A DNA stretch of 62,916 nt, counting the filler, from Octopus bimaculoides (lineage: Eukaryota): NCBI RefSeq assembly GCF_001194135.2. It is 6 parts of 5 records of this genome, joined end to end, with 100 filler letters (N's around TTAATTAATTAA, not from the genome) between each part and the next. Parts side by side here need not be neighbours in the genome. Positions count along the whole stretch, not along the records: positions 22,187 to 36,387 come from NC_068985.1; positions 36,488 to 46,219 come from NC_068987.1; 4 more parts are not named here. One strand, 5' to 3'. Below the pieces are notes generated by a model. The model was not told the origin of the DNA, did no database searches, and saw nothing but the letters and a program-made list of their open reading frames with translations. Every line of letters begins with the position of its first letter. Within the stretch, counting starts at the first letter, position 1. Shown piece after piece: positions 25,998 through 39,931 of the stretch. The position numbers and the translations under genes were made by a program.

Positions 25998-26548
25998 TAA
26001 TGTATAAATAACATTAAATAAATGTAAATAAATATAATAAACATGGAAATGATTGAGTAAAATGAAGAGGTAGAAAACAAACCATTCTGTTTTTCCCTTT
26101 TACAACTATTATTCCAATATAACAATGAATTACATCTGTCAGCTATATAACTTACATTAATTTCCTAGAACTTAAACAATACAATCTCTACTCACTCCAC
26201 TGCCATATTCATTGAAGAATGTAATTTTTACACAACATATTCTTCCCCAGTACCCAACAATTAATGGTTTTCCAGCAATGATAACATATTTGAGAAACCA
26301 ATGTAAAAATCATTGACTATAATATTTAACTATTAAATGTGTGTAATTGGCTATATATGTGTATATATGCATGTGTGTGTGTGTGTATGTGTGTGTGTGT
26401 GTGTGTGTATTTGTATGTGTGAGTATGTATGGATATTCTTTATACATATTCAAATATATATACACAAGCATATGTAACATATGTAACATATGTGCATGTA
26501 TGTATATATTTTTGTATGTATGCACGTATGTATGTATGTTTGCAGGTA

Positions 26549-26598
<50 letters not shown>

Positions 26599-26704
26599 TG
26601 AACGTTGAGTTCTTCATGAAAGACTAGATTAATACTACCTTTAACTGTAAAGATGGTTTCCTCCTCCCTTGATGAGCTACAGATACCCTCAGTTCAATCC
26701 AGAA

Positions 26705-26900
26705 AGGTAGAGCTTGTAGTCTGGATAGCGTCCCTGACAGATCTACAAATTTCAACAACGTACTCCTGTAGGCCTACAATGCTCTATTCCAACAAAAGGC
26801 AATAGATATTTGGAGAGAGTGTTGTATAATACCAGTACCAAAGAGAGAAGAATGAGGTTTTATGAAGAACTACCATGACATTAAACTCCCTGTGACAAAA
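26705..26900 (+). mobile_element. Degraded LINE RT fragment
   Basis: ACSLDSVP and DIWRECCIIPVPK resemble the RT-upstream GxDxIP and W..IIPxPK motifs. Confidence 0.4.
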
Positions 26901-27284
26901 ACTAACATCTACAACTCCTGCTACTGTAAAAAAATCAGTCCCAAGTTTGAAATAAATCATCATTTAATGTCTGTTGTCTATGCTAGCATAGACTGGACGA
27001 TTTGACCAGGAGTGGTCAGCTGAGGGACTGCACCAGACTCCAGACTGGTTTGGCATGATTTCTATGGCTGGACGCCCTTCCTGATGTCAACCACTCCGTG
27101 AGTGTAATGGGTGCTTTTATGTACCACTGGCACAGGTGTCAGTTGCATAGCTCCAGTATCTGCTACAACTACGATTTCACTTGGCTGGATGGGTTTTCTA
27201 CTCAAGCACAACATATTGTCAAAGATCTCAGTCATTTGTTATTGGCTCAATACCACATTGCCTCTAGAATATAGGTGTAGAAGC

Positions 27285-27429
27285 TTGCTTCCCAGCCACA
27301 TAGTTCGATGTTCAATCCCTCTGTGTGGCACCTTGGGCAAGTGTCTTCTTCTATAGCCTCTGGCCGACCAAAACTTTGTGAGTGAATTTGGTTGATGAAA
27401 CTGAAAGCCCATCATGTGTATATATACAT

Positions 27430-27481
<52 letters not shown>

Positions 27482-27700
27482 GCACACTCATATATATGTG
27501 TCTGTGTTGTCCCCTTCACCATTGCTTGACAACTGGTGCTGGTGTGTTTACATCCTCATAACTTAGCAGTTTGGCAAAAGAGAATGATGCAATAAGTACC
27601 AGGTTTAAAAAAGAAAAAATACTGTGGTTGATTCATTCGGCTAAAATTCTTCAAGACATTGCCCCAGCATGGCCACAAGTAAAAGATGAAAGAGAAATAA
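27285..27700 (+). mobile_element. Family A SINE, CpG-decayed
   Basis: Full structure present, with CpG changed to TpG/CpA. Confidence 0.8.
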
Positions 27701-27715
27701 AGGCAAAAAACATAC

Positions 27716-27744
27716 TCCAAGTTTGTGAAAATGAATATATGGAT
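27716..27744 (-). other. Candidate 29-nt exon (all three frames open)
   Basis: Acceptor ttttcctttgtag and donor GGA|gtatgt. Host gene unknown. Confidence 0.3.
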
Positions 27745-27834
27745 CTACAAAGGAAAACTTCATGTTATATAGAGAAAATATCAACTAATATTTGAAATTG
27801 ATCGATTTTCAGAGAGTATTGTTACTGCTGGTTT

Positions 27835-28060
27835 TTAAGGTGACAAGCTGGCAGAATTGTCTGCATGCCAGGCAAAACACTTAGCAGCATTTATTTGCCC
27901 TTATGTTCTGAGTTCAAATTCCGCCAAGGTCGACTTTGCCTTTCATCCCTTCAGGGTTGATGAAATAAGTACCAGTTGTACACTGAGGTTGATATAATCA
28001 ACTAGCAGCCCCTCAAAAATAAGATTTCAGGCCTTGTGCCTATAGTAGAAAGGATTCTTA
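27835..28060 (+). mobile_element. Family B SINE, CpG-decayed
   Basis: GGTGACAAGCTGGCAG...GCATGCCAGGCAAAA: head CpGs mutated. Confidence 0.8.
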
Positions 28061-28539
28061 ATACTGGTTTCTTTTTTATGTTTTCTCTTAGTTCAGCGAC
28101 AAGTTTAGAAATCCATAATTATAGGTAAAAACGGTCAGAAAGTAATGCATCTCATTCAAAATCTATGTGATGAAATGAGAATAGTAAGAGAATATCACAT
28201 TACTGCAAACTGTCCTAATCACAAATCAAATTGCAGTTTTACAAGGGTCTTTTTATATAGTCTTGTCAACTTTATGTAGAAGTTAGAATAATTTTGATGT
28301 GAAGCATAAATATAACTGCTCAACCTCAAACCAAAGGGGCGCAGGAAAGGCACAATAATAATGCTTCTCAAATCAGAAAGATTCATCTCAAGCAAAGAGT
28401 TTCTGACTGACATTCCTGTTTTGTCAGCTTTTTGAGTGATTAATTGTAAAAAGAATCTCAGTCATTATTGAATAACGCCTTATTAAAAAAGAAGAATAAA
28501 TTGATGAATAAATGAATAAATAAATAAATAAATGAATCC

Positions 28540-29400
28540 CAAGCTGGATTCCATTCTGGAAAGTCAACCATGCACCAACTGTTTAATCTCACTCAGTATA
28601 TAAAGGATGGCTTTGAACAAAGGAAAATTACAGGAGCTGTTTTCGTTGATCTCACTATGGCTTACCATACAGCTAATCACCACTTATTGTAAAGAAAGAG
28701 ATAAAATTTATTGAAGAAATGATATAGATCTCATGTGGTTTATTGGTGTTGTGAGAGGAAATAAATGCTTCTTTGTCATGCTGAATAATAAGATCTGCAT
28801 AAGAAAATTACGAAGCGATTTACCTCAGGGTAATTTACTGGCTTCATTGTTGTTCAACATCTACACAAATGATCAACTGAAGATGCTAATAACAAGCACT
28901 GTATTCATGATGATGATTAATGTATAGTAAACCAAAGAATGGGTGTTTCAGTAACAACAAAACAACCTTGAGTGCTGCTTTAAACAATCTAAGCTATTAC
29001 TATAATGACAATTATTTAATTATTTAATTTCTAATCCCATGAGAACATGGATTTCTGCGGTCCATCTATGAAAGGAAGAAAGCAATAGAAAGTTAAATAT
29101 CTTATGTTCTGGAACAAAGATGGAAAACCAGATCATAGTATAACATGCTTAAATAAAATAAGGTCCAAAGTAGGCACATAGAATCATATTCTACAAAACC
29201 AAGATCTTTCTCAGTGGAACACAAGTTGTCAAATAGAGAATAACATCACTGATTTTCATGATACTCAGTTGCAAAATAGGAGTGTCTGCTATGGGCTAAA
29301 TCATTACCAAAACCTTGGGACACCATTCTCAATGAGAACTTGTTCTCAGCAACTGCTTGTTAACAACTGGTTGTTTCATGCTCATATATTATTGGCTTCA
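28540..29400 (+). mobile_element. Ingi/Vingi-like LINE reverse transcriptase relic
   Basis: QAGFHSGKSTMHQLFNLTQYIKDGFEQRKITGAVFVDLT...DLPQGNLLASLLFNIYTNDQ, with frameshifts and stops. Confidence 0.75.
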
Positions 29401-29520
29401 AATTTTGGCACAAGGTTAGCAATTGTTAGGGAAGCCAGCAAGTAAACACAAATATGAGTCAAATACAAATTCACTCAACGAAACACACACACAGTTAGAT
29501 GGATATAAAGATAGATAGAC

Positions 29521-29570
<50 letters not shown>

Positions 29571-29595
29571 ATGGACAGACAGATAGATGGATAGA

Positions 29596-29627
<32 letters not shown>

Positions 29628-29635
29628 TACATACA

Positions 29636-29666
<31 letters not shown>

Positions 29667-30068
29667 GATGGGCTTCTTTCAGTTTCCATCTACTAAATCC
29701 AATCACAAGTCTGGTTGGTCAGATGTCCAGATGCCATGCAGTGGGAATGAACTTGAAAGCACATGGTTGGGAAGCATGAATTTACATATAAGACAGTGAT
29801 CCAGCATGGCCACAGTTTAATGGCTGAAACAAATAAAAGACAAAAAACAAAGACATAACCTTATTCCTCTTCTCTAAGACTTTTGGTAAAAATAATTCTG
29901 CTATCATTTTTTCCTGTCATTAGACTTTGACCATGCTGGGGCACCACCGTGAAGGGTTTTAGTTGAAGAAAGTGTTCTCAGGACTAATTCTTTAAAGTCT
30001 GATACCTATTCCATCAGTCTCTTTTGGGACGTAAACGCACCAATAGTGGTTGTCAAACACAGACACAA

Positions 30069-30170
<102 letters not shown>

Positions 30171-31400
30171 ACATATGTGACTCGGAAGCCTACTACGGAC
30201 CCCTAGCTCCAGCCTCAGCTGTGAACTTGGAACCTAAAGGATGACCAATTATAGCACTTATTCAGTGTACCAATTCGTTTAGATCATCAGTGAACTGAAC
30301 CCCTCATATTCTATATATATACATATATATATACATGACGGGCTTCTTTCAGTTTTCATAAGGCTTTGGTCAGCCTGAGGCTTCAGTATAAGACACTTGC
30401 CCAAGGTGACATGCAATGGGTTGAACGCAGAACCATGTGGTTGGGAAGCAAGCTTCTTACCACACAGCCACTGTTTGAGTTTAGAAAAGTTTGATGAAAT
30501 TTAGTGTAATTTTTGTACAGTTTCACTAAAACCTTAATATAGCTTTTATATTGCTTTGATACTGTTTACTAGCTTTATTTTTAATTGTTTTTTTTTGTTT
30601 TAGTATATTTTAGTTAAATGCTAACAACGTTTTGGGGTTTAATATATAATGTTAGCACAGTTTTAGAGCTTCATATAACTTTGATATGATATTTTCCTGT
30701 ATTTTAGAGGAGGATTTAAGAATTAAAAATGATAATTTATGAAAGAATTATTTCATAGAGTTATGAAACTGCATTGAAAGACAGAAAGCATGAAGGTGTA
30801 GAGAGAAAGGAAGGGTGAGAGAAACAAGCAGTGATGAAGAGTGAACATTAAAAATTAGTTGCATGGAGAGATAAAGCGCATTGAAACAATGGTTGCTAAT
30901 ATTAATGTGGAAGTAAACCAGTTGCTTTGGAGGATTAAACCCAAGTGAAAGTTGGAAAGTAGAGGTGAAGAAATAGGAGTAGGGTACTTGGGAATAACAG
31001 AACAGGTTGAGGGGGGTAGAGAAAAAAATTCTCAAATAAATATATAAATGAAAACAATGAGAAGGAGAAATGAATATTAAAAACAAAAGAAAGGGGTAGA
31101 AATGGTGAGAAAAATTAAAATGACATTAGGAAAATAAATTTTTTTCTTAAATTCAGTAACAAAAAGAAAAGAAAAAAAGAAATATAGTTTGGTTAAGGGT
31201 GGCCTGGAATAAATTATTCAAATCAATTAAGCAATGAGAAAATTCTATTTAATTTTAAATTTTAAAAATTTAATTTGCTTCTTTCAAGTAAATCCTATTT
31301 TAGACCAGTGAAGAGTGAAAGGACATTGCTTAAAATACATCAACTTAGAAAAAAGACATATACATACATATATATATATACACACGCACACATGTGTGTG

Positions 31401-31436
<36 letters not shown>

Positions 31437-32538
31437 TATGTATGTTTGTGTGTGTGAATTTGTGTCTCTATGTGTGTGTATGTGTTTGTAGGTCTATATT
31501 AAATTTCATATTCAAATTTGAAATTTCCTAAAATTTTGAAAACTTTTTGTTAACAAATCTGAAGTTGAGGGAAAAGAATTTTTTTTTTTTTTTGTTTTTT
31601 NNNNNNNNNNNNNNNNNNNNNNNNNNNNNNNNNNNNNNNNNNNNNNNNNNNNNNNNNNNNNNNNNNNNNNNNNTGTGTTTGTAGGTCTATATTAAATTTC
31701 ATATTCAAATTTGAAATTTCCTAAAATTTTGAAAACTTTTTGTTAACAAATCTGAAGTTGAGGGAAAAGAATTTTTTTTTTTTTTGTTTTTTGTAAATTC
31801 TTCATAAAAAATTTTCCTTTAAATTTTTAGGGGAAAAAAAGCAAAAATTACGAGTAAAAGTTTTTAAAAACTTTTTATTTTCCTTTCCTTTTTTGTTTTT
31901 ATCAAACCCTGTGTGTCGAACCCAATTTAGTCTTGACTTCTTTGTCTCAAGTGCTTAGGATGAAGTAGTTGAATATTCAAATAGCATTTGTCTCTACCAA
32001 TCTTGACTCTTTCTCTCTCGCTCTCTTTCTTTCTTATTCTCTTGTCTCACTTGCTGTTTATTCCACCATGCTAATACCTTCTCATTCTGATCCATTTTCT
32101 AATCATTCTTCATTTTAATTTCCATTTTATCCCCTACCCTCATGCACTCAACCCTGCCCATACACACAAACTCTCTTTTTTGGGGGGCAACTAGTTCCTT
32201 TATCTTCATAGTAGTTCCCTTACATTTTAGTTATGAGTTTATTGACCTTACTCTAATCATCTTTTACGTTTGTTTTCTTCTTTTTGTATTTGTTATTGTT
32301 GTTGATTTCTTTACAACTGTCCATTTTAGTTGTTTATTTCTTATTTAATTTTGATTTATACTTCCACCAATAATAATAATAACAACAACAACAACGGCAA
32401 CAACAATAGTGATTCATCTTTTTTTTTTTTGTTTGTTTATTAAAAACAATTTCCATTCATAATTTTAGAGGTGTGTGAAGCAAAGCCAAAATGCCAAAAA
32501 AAAAAAAATCTGATCAACCAGGTGATTAAAGTGGTGTG

Positions 32539-32621
<83 letters not shown>

Positions 32622-33634
32622 GTAATGAAGAGGGTCATTATAGAGGTAGAACAGCATGCAGTTTGAATTCATATCAACAAATTCATACAGCACTTGCCTA
32701 ATGAGATGGTAATGATAACAACAATGCAAAACTATACACACAACAAAGAACTAGTGGGTGTTTATGTATGCATTTGTTGGGTGGTGTTGGGTCCCCATAG
32801 TTAATCACCCTTGAACAATGCAAAAGTGAAAGACCCCTTCAGCAATCAAACATTAATAAATTTAAAATCTGGCCCAAGTCCTAAATTTAAGGCCAACATG
32901 ACTTATGATAAAGACAGAGTGACCATATTAAATTCTCTATGTAATGGTTGCCTATGTGTGCTACTCTTCTGAATCTGAGGTCATATTAACTAGACAACAA
33001 CAAATTATTATGTGCTTAGAGGATAGCCTCTGAGAAAATCAGGACTGTGAAAGTCCTTTCGTGGCCATTTCTTTCTGTAATTGGCAGTTTTCAATATGTA
33101 AAATATTTTGTGAGGTACAAAAATATTTCTGAGCCTGAGTATATGTAACACTGGCAATCACTTCTCATAGGCCCTAACCCATGCTATTCAAATTTGTTTG
33201 GGCTAAATAGCCTCTGTGAATCAGGACTGTGAAATTCCTTTTGTGTCCATTTCCTTCTGTGATTGGTAGTTTTCAATACGTAAAATGTTAAGTGAGGTAC
33301 AAAATATTTCTGAGCCTGGATACATGTAACACCTGCAACCTAAAATTCTTTTGAGCTGAATAGCCAAATAAGGCTGATCTTGTTCTTGCTGCTCCATATA
33401 TTTATTATAAGTTGTACAGTTGAGTTTCACATGAAACTTCAACAGGTTTGATTCAATTAAAATAAGGTTTATTTGACGAGCAATATATTTTACTGCATCC
33501 ATTTTTGCTATTAATCTACTTAAACAAAACTGCTCCAATGTTACCAAAAAAAAAAAAAAAAAATTGGAGCCAGAGTAGGAATCTCTACATAACTGCACAA
33601 TTTATAGCAACCAAGTTAACTTAAAATATCTAGA

Positions 33635-33935
33635 ATGAAAACAACATATTTTACAATCAAGAGAGGTAGGAAGCCAGAAGTTGATGCTGATGAAGTCATA
33701 GAAATTCCCTGACAACCACTTCTGACTCTTTCCAAAGGGATGGGAAGTAAATGAATCTTGCTGCCACACATATGGCCTTCCAGCAGCAACTCTCACCAGC
33801 CAGGATTTTATCATAGTCTACAACAGCTTCACAGAGCCATCTGAATTGAGCCTGAGGCCGTGTTCAAAGATGTGAGGCAGCATGACCTCACCTTCACCCA
33901 AAGGCCATAACAGTTTGGGGGAACTCAGTTTTACA
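33635..33935 (-). mobile_element. maT/Bmmar1-type (DD37D) Tc1/mariner transposase relic
   Basis: VMLPHIFEHGLRLNSDG...RVAAGRPYVWQQDS...NFYDFISINFWLPTSLDCKIC. Spacing fits DD37D with the last Asp mutated. Confidence 0.85.
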
Positions 33936-34792
33936 GTGTTCACAGAACATTGAGCAGCTGTCATGATGTCAGCATTTTAATACCTAGTGCAAATCATCAT
34001 GACACAGGTAAATCTTCTCCAATCTTCATATAATTTTCAGTCCTCTATGTTAGCTAACCTTTTCTCAACTACAACTTTAATTTTTATGCTCTTCAATACA
34101 TTAAGCTGTTTCTAAAGTAAAAGACATAGAACATCATCAAATTCAACCTGATCACCTTATACTTTAAATGAACTGCAATATAGAGGTTAAAATTGCTTTT
34201 GAATCCACTGCAACTGAAGACATGTGATCATTGTTAAACGTTGGTCAGTACAATAGTAGGGGTTGCTAATGAATGAGCAGCAATGGGTGGTAGCAGGCTG
34301 GGACTGTAAGTTTAATGTTAACGTGTAGAGCTTTCTAGATTTGGAACCTTCTGAGAAGAGACAGGTGAAATCATTTGAGCAGGTAATGTAAAAATATTAC
34401 CATAGAACTATGGAATCAGTACCCAGAAGAACAAGATGAAGGCATTCTAACCAATTTATATTATCAGTTTATGCTTCAAAAGTGGAAGACAACTGTCTAC
34501 GGAATCATCAATCATGTCACTGACTGCAGTCAATGAATGTAAACACTAATGTAAACTTCTTACTAACTTAGGAAACATGTCAGCAAATTGAAGAGATTTG
34601 ATTGAAACTGAAGTAAATCGTCCATCACAATTGCATCAGGCATGCAGAACTGTGCAGTTTTATACTGAATCCTTGTTCCTTGCTTCTGCTGTGGTTTTGG
34701 CCAGTAAAAGAGCTTCAAACTACTTTCTGAAATGATCAATGAATGTCAATGTCAATAAGTGTCTTTCAGTATATATCTATATGGAGGTGTGT

Positions 34793-34850
<58 letters not shown>

Positions 34851-35449
34851 NNNNNNNNNNNNNNNNNNNNNNNNNNNNNNNNNNNNNNNNNNNNNNNNNN
34901 NNNNNNNNNNNNNNNNNNNNNNNNNNNNNNNNNNNNNNNNNNNNNNNNNNNNNNNNNNNNNNNNNNNNNNNNNNNNNNNNNNNNNNNNNNNNNNNNNNNN
35001 NNNNNNNNNNNNNNNNNNNNNNNNNNNNNNNNNNNNNNNNNNNNNNNNNNNNNNNNNNNNNNNNNNNNNNNNNNNNNNNNNNNNNNNNNNNNNNNNNNNN
35101 NNNNNNNNNNNNNNNNNNNNNNNNNNNNNNNNNNNNNNNNNNNNNNNNNNNNNNNNNNNNNNNNNNNNNNNNNNNNNNNNNNNNNNNNNNNNNNNNNNNN
35201 NNNNNNNNNNNNNNNNNNNNNNNNNNNNNNNNNNNNNNNNNNNNNNNNNNNNNNNNNNNNNNNNNNNNNNNNNNNNNNNNNNNNNNNNNNNNNNNNNNNN
35301 NNNNNNNNNNNNNNNNNNNNNNNNNNNNNNNNNNNNNNNNNNNNNNNNNNNNNNNNTTTTTTTTTTTTTCGTTTTTGCTCTTCTTTTCTTTTGTTAAAAC
35401 AATACATGAGCATGTTATTAAGAATGAACCTACACACATCCAGATGTAG

Positions 35450-35719
35450 CTAAATAATATATTGATTACCAACCTCCAGCCTGTTGTTAATTTGGGGTCC
35501 TAGTCTGTGTATGAGTAAAGCTTCCTTAATTCTTAAATTACCCAAATTTCTTTCATTGGCCTCAATTGTGACTGTTATGCTTTTGTCAGTGTTCCGGCAA
35601 CTATCAAGATGTTTTCTGAAGGAGGAGGCTCTCGTGTTCAGATGTTCTTTGATGCGGACGTGTAACGGTCTTGTTGTGCTACCCACATAGAACTTGTTGC
35701 ATTTGCCACAGGTTCCCAA
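35450..35719 (-). mobile_element. Penelope-like GIY-YIG endonuclease C-terminal fragment
   Basis: CGKCNKFYVGSTTRPLHVRIKEH...LRIKEALLIHRLGPQINNR, the typical YVG-T-R-L-R-EH and IKEAL-I motifs. Confidence 0.85.
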
Positions 35720-35809
35720 TTATATATATAATTGAGATTCAGTTGAATTAGGTACTTAAGTTGAAGCACCAAGTCAGTCCGCTATTATCCACACAGCTCA
35801 AAAGTAAGG

Positions 35810-36300
35810 TTAATAAAATCAAAATAGGCAACAGGATATCAAATAGTGATGCTATACAACTGTTTCTAATCTCCAGCTGAAGATGGCACTGCATTTAAAT
35901 TGATGTAATGATTGCATTGTTCAATTAAATGGAGCCACTTGAAACTGTCGTACTGCATCAATATTTGATATCCTGTTGTTTATTTTGATGTTGCTTCACA
36001 GCGTTCAGCATACACATATTTTTTCACGTCTGGCCGTATACCCTTTTTGTTTATTTTCACTGTTTCGTTTTTCTGTCTTGTTCTCTGTCCGCCACTACAT
36101 TCCTCCATGGTACAAATTTAATTTGTGGTCCGTGGGAAGAGCCATTTTAACGATGCGTCCTGCCCTAACTCTTCGAAATGATTAGTTTTAGAATGGTGGC
36201 AGCTGATGAAGGAAATGTTCTCTATGTGACCTGTGTGTTTTCTGTACTCTGTTTATCATTTTGTCCACGTTTTTTTGCAACGTCCTGTACCCAGATATGC
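35810..36300. mobile_element. Penelope-like pseudo-LTR sequences, two copies in inverted orientation
   Basis: 35817-35866 (minus) and 35941-35990 (plus) share GAAAC..GTA..GCATCA.TATTTGATATCCTGTTG. 36005-36110 has a related copy at 46320-46420 (minus). Confidence 0.55.
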
Positions 36301-36976
36301 ATCTGTATATACATGTAGATGTAGGTATGTACATACATGTACATATATATGCATATACTCATTTATTATTTGTATTATATATATATTNNNNNNNNNNNNN
36401 NNNNNNNNNNNNNNNNNNNNNNNNNNNNNNNTTAATTAATTAANNNNNNNNNNNNNNNNNNNNNNNNNNNNNNNNNNNNNNNNNNNNGTAATTTGTTCAT
36501 TTTCTGTATTTAGCCCTGTGTGGCTATAATAAAAAGATATCTATATATTAATATATGTAAGTGTGTTTGTGTGTGTTCGGTGGAGTGTTTGCGTGTGTGT
36601 GCATACAACATATATGAGCGGACACGCAACTGACATAGTTTAGGAAACTGGTAACTGGGAAAAGCTAGACAAGTGTAGAAAGAACCGAGGAGGAGCATTA
36701 TGTGTAAATAATAAAATAACCCTACTCTGGTGGAAATAAATCCTGAGTGTTTGAAAGAAGTTAAAAGAGACGAGATTCTCCTTTCGATTTGTCGGAAATA
36801 GTTATAGAATATCGTACACGAACGCGTGCACACAAACACACAAATATACACACACGCACATATAAATACATATATATACTTACATATATATATGTTATTA
36901 TATATACATATTTATATACATATGTGCATAGATATATAAATATATATTATATGTACGTATATATATGTATATATAC

Positions 36977-37009
<33 letters not shown>

Positions 37010-37011
37010 AA

Positions 37012-37056
<45 letters not shown>

Positions 37057-37480
37057 AGAGGGAGAGGAAAAATAAAGAGAGTACTAGAGAGAGACTTTGT
37101 GTGCAAAAGTGCCATAATGGCATATACAAAGAAAGGCAGCAAAAAGGCAAGAAAGAAAGAAAGAAAGTAAAAGGATGGAATGGAATGGAAGAAGAATTTA
37201 GAGTAAGATAAAAGAAAAAAATAATGAAAAACAAGAGAGGATGGAAGCATGATTAAAGGGCTGAAGGAAAGGCAGAAGTAAAAACATTAATTGCTGTTGT
37301 TGAAAATCTCCTTTTATAGGCGGTCAGTAATGATGTGTGGTCCAGGAACAGCTGCGCCTCGCACTGCATCCCGTACACAGTCAGCTCTCAGCATCATCAT
37401 ATGCATTGAAACACTGGCTTAGACATTGGCAGAGAACATCGCATCTGCGCGTCGCAGCGACTCATTAAAGAAAATTAGAC

Positions 37481-37576
<96 letters not shown>

Positions 37577-38013
37577 GGATGGATAGATAGATAGACAGAT
37601 AGAAAGTGTATATAAAAATAAGAGATGGCGTAATAATGAATATAAGAAGAGGCAAAAATAATTAATGAAAGAACAGAACAAAAGGAAAGAAGAAACCAAG
37701 AAATCAATAAAGAAAATAAGAAGTAAAAAGAATGCAAGTTAAGAAATGGGGAAAGAGGGACAGACAGAAAGAATTAAAGAAGAAGAAAAATGGTGCAGAA
37801 ATAAAGAAAAGTACTTCCATATATCCAACATCTGTTTCAGCGATGTAATATTCGGTCATAGAGACCAACATTCCATATCTTGTCAACATTTGGACTACAG
37901 GGCAACGAAATGACAATTAGACGCTGTACAATCAATAGGGTTTACATTTTCAAGGATTAGTTTTCAAAAATGTACAAACTGTCTTAACATTCTTAGTCAC
38001 TTCTGTGACATAC

Positions 38014-38232
38014 AATGTCTGCCTATTATTCTCAGTATTTCTCTTCCCATAGCTATCATCGTGAGCTGGGTTGTCGATTCCTAATTCATCAAATTCTACA
38101 ACTTCCACGTTTAATTCTTCTTGTCTATTTCTTTTCATCTTCTCTCACCACCCCCACTTCTCTCTCATTTAATCTCCTATGTTCCAGTATCTTTGACAAG
38201 TACAGGGAGTCTTTACGTGGTCTCTTGACTTG
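38014..38232 (-). other. Splice-bounded, coding-like 219-nt segment with no single open frame (terminal exon, pseudo-exon or new ATG at 38138)
   Basis: Acceptor ttttactcctattttcag, donor TT|gtatgt. Frame 0 reads QVKRPRKDSLYLSKILEHRRLNEREVGVVREDEKK*. Phase-2 frame has two stops, then MKRNRQEELNVEVVEFDELGIDNPAHDDSYGK... Confidence 0.35.
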
Positions 38233-38626
38233 CTGAAAATAGGAGTAAAATCTCCTTGAAATCAATCTTTGCTGTCTTAGAAATGGGCAGGCCTTGAATG
38301 GCGTGCATTCAGATAAACAATGCCCAATGCTAAAAACAGGAGAATCACGGCTTCAAATCTTTGGTAACCTGAATTATAGCTGCCTTGGAGCAAAAATGAG
38401 CAATTTGTTTTTTTAACGATGACCTAACTATGCAATATATGCAAATACACACATATATAAATGCACACATACGTACATACATATACAGCCACAGTACATA
38501 TACTAACACATGTAGGAAATTGATTTTATGCACACACAGACATAAACAGATGCACATACACGTGCACACTCATACACACACTTACACAGACATACAGACA
38601 GACAGACAGACAAACACACACACACA

Positions 38627-38684
<58 letters not shown>

Positions 38685-39931
38685 CACAAGCTAAAAATAA
38701 ACGAAACAACTCTTACCAGTTACAAAATAAGCATATCGAATCTAGGAATCTAGTTTTCTGATAATAGACAATTTCTGCCTTGAGAAAATACTCGAATAAA
38801 CGATTCTAACTCTAGCCAACAAAAATGAGAACAAAGAGTAAATTTAGCATCCTTATTCTTGTATAGAACAGATATTGTCGTTCAAAACCGGCAGCGAAAA
38901 ACTTGTCTTAAAGGCATCTTAAATTTAAGGTTAAAGGAAGAACTTAAGCAAATATATTCTACTGAGCTTGGCAGATTCACTTTTAGGTCTTAATAGGTTT
39001 TTTTTTTAATTTCATTAGAAAGAGATGATAAGTTAGCTGGATATTTGTGTTGTGATTTCCAGTTTAATATATTTACTTTATGCTGCTAAATACTTCAATT
39101 TATGATTTATTTCTTCTACAGTGTGTTGTTGTTCTTGAGCCCTAAGTTGGCATGATTAATCAGACCTCTATTGCAAGCTAGTCCAGCCATAGCCATCCTG
39201 ATATATTATGTACTCTTCAATGAATATATATGTTAAGAGGTAGAATTCAAGTTGTAGATTCAACTGCTATTTCTAACGGGTTCAGTGACCACGTACAGTC
39301 TCTCTTCTTAATGTTTCCTTGTAAAAAGCGATGTTCAAATGTTTATAACTTTGAAAGGTTATTCTTCAATGAGACTACATTCAAGCACGCAGAAAATTGT
39401 AACTACTGGATTTAAAACTTATGAGTACAGTCAGCTATTTCTAGTGAAAACGGATATATATTAACTAATAACGTAAAATAGTATTATTACTAGCGAAGGC
39501 AAATACTAAAAAAGAATTAGTTAGCTAGGATTATAGTAAGGCTGCAAAATATTTGGGCAGGAACATGGCTGATTGAATTGACATCAGTTAATTCGAATAT
39601 ATTTTCGCGAGAGATAAAGAAAGCAAAGTGCGCTTTGACTTTTGAAGGTAATGTGATGTATCTGAATACTGATATCTTACATGGAGACGAGGCAAGAAAC
39701 TTGGGTAGCGTGGAATAAGATCGATTTTACTGACTACAGCATATAACCGCTATTATATTTTTTGAACTCTAGAAGGCTGAAAGGTAACGTTTCTCTCGAC
39801 TAGAGTTTAACTCTGAACCTAAAGAGCAAGAACAAATACTGCAGTATTTTCTGACATTTCCAGTCAATCTACCAATAAACCGCCAGTAAAAGGTTCTTTT
39901 ACCGGATTCACACCGAATATCTGTTGCATAC

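Noticed and set aside
31481-31792. Exact ~120-bp direct repeat on both sides of an N gap
   Set aside because: Typical unmerged contig overlap around a poly-T tract; assembly artefact.
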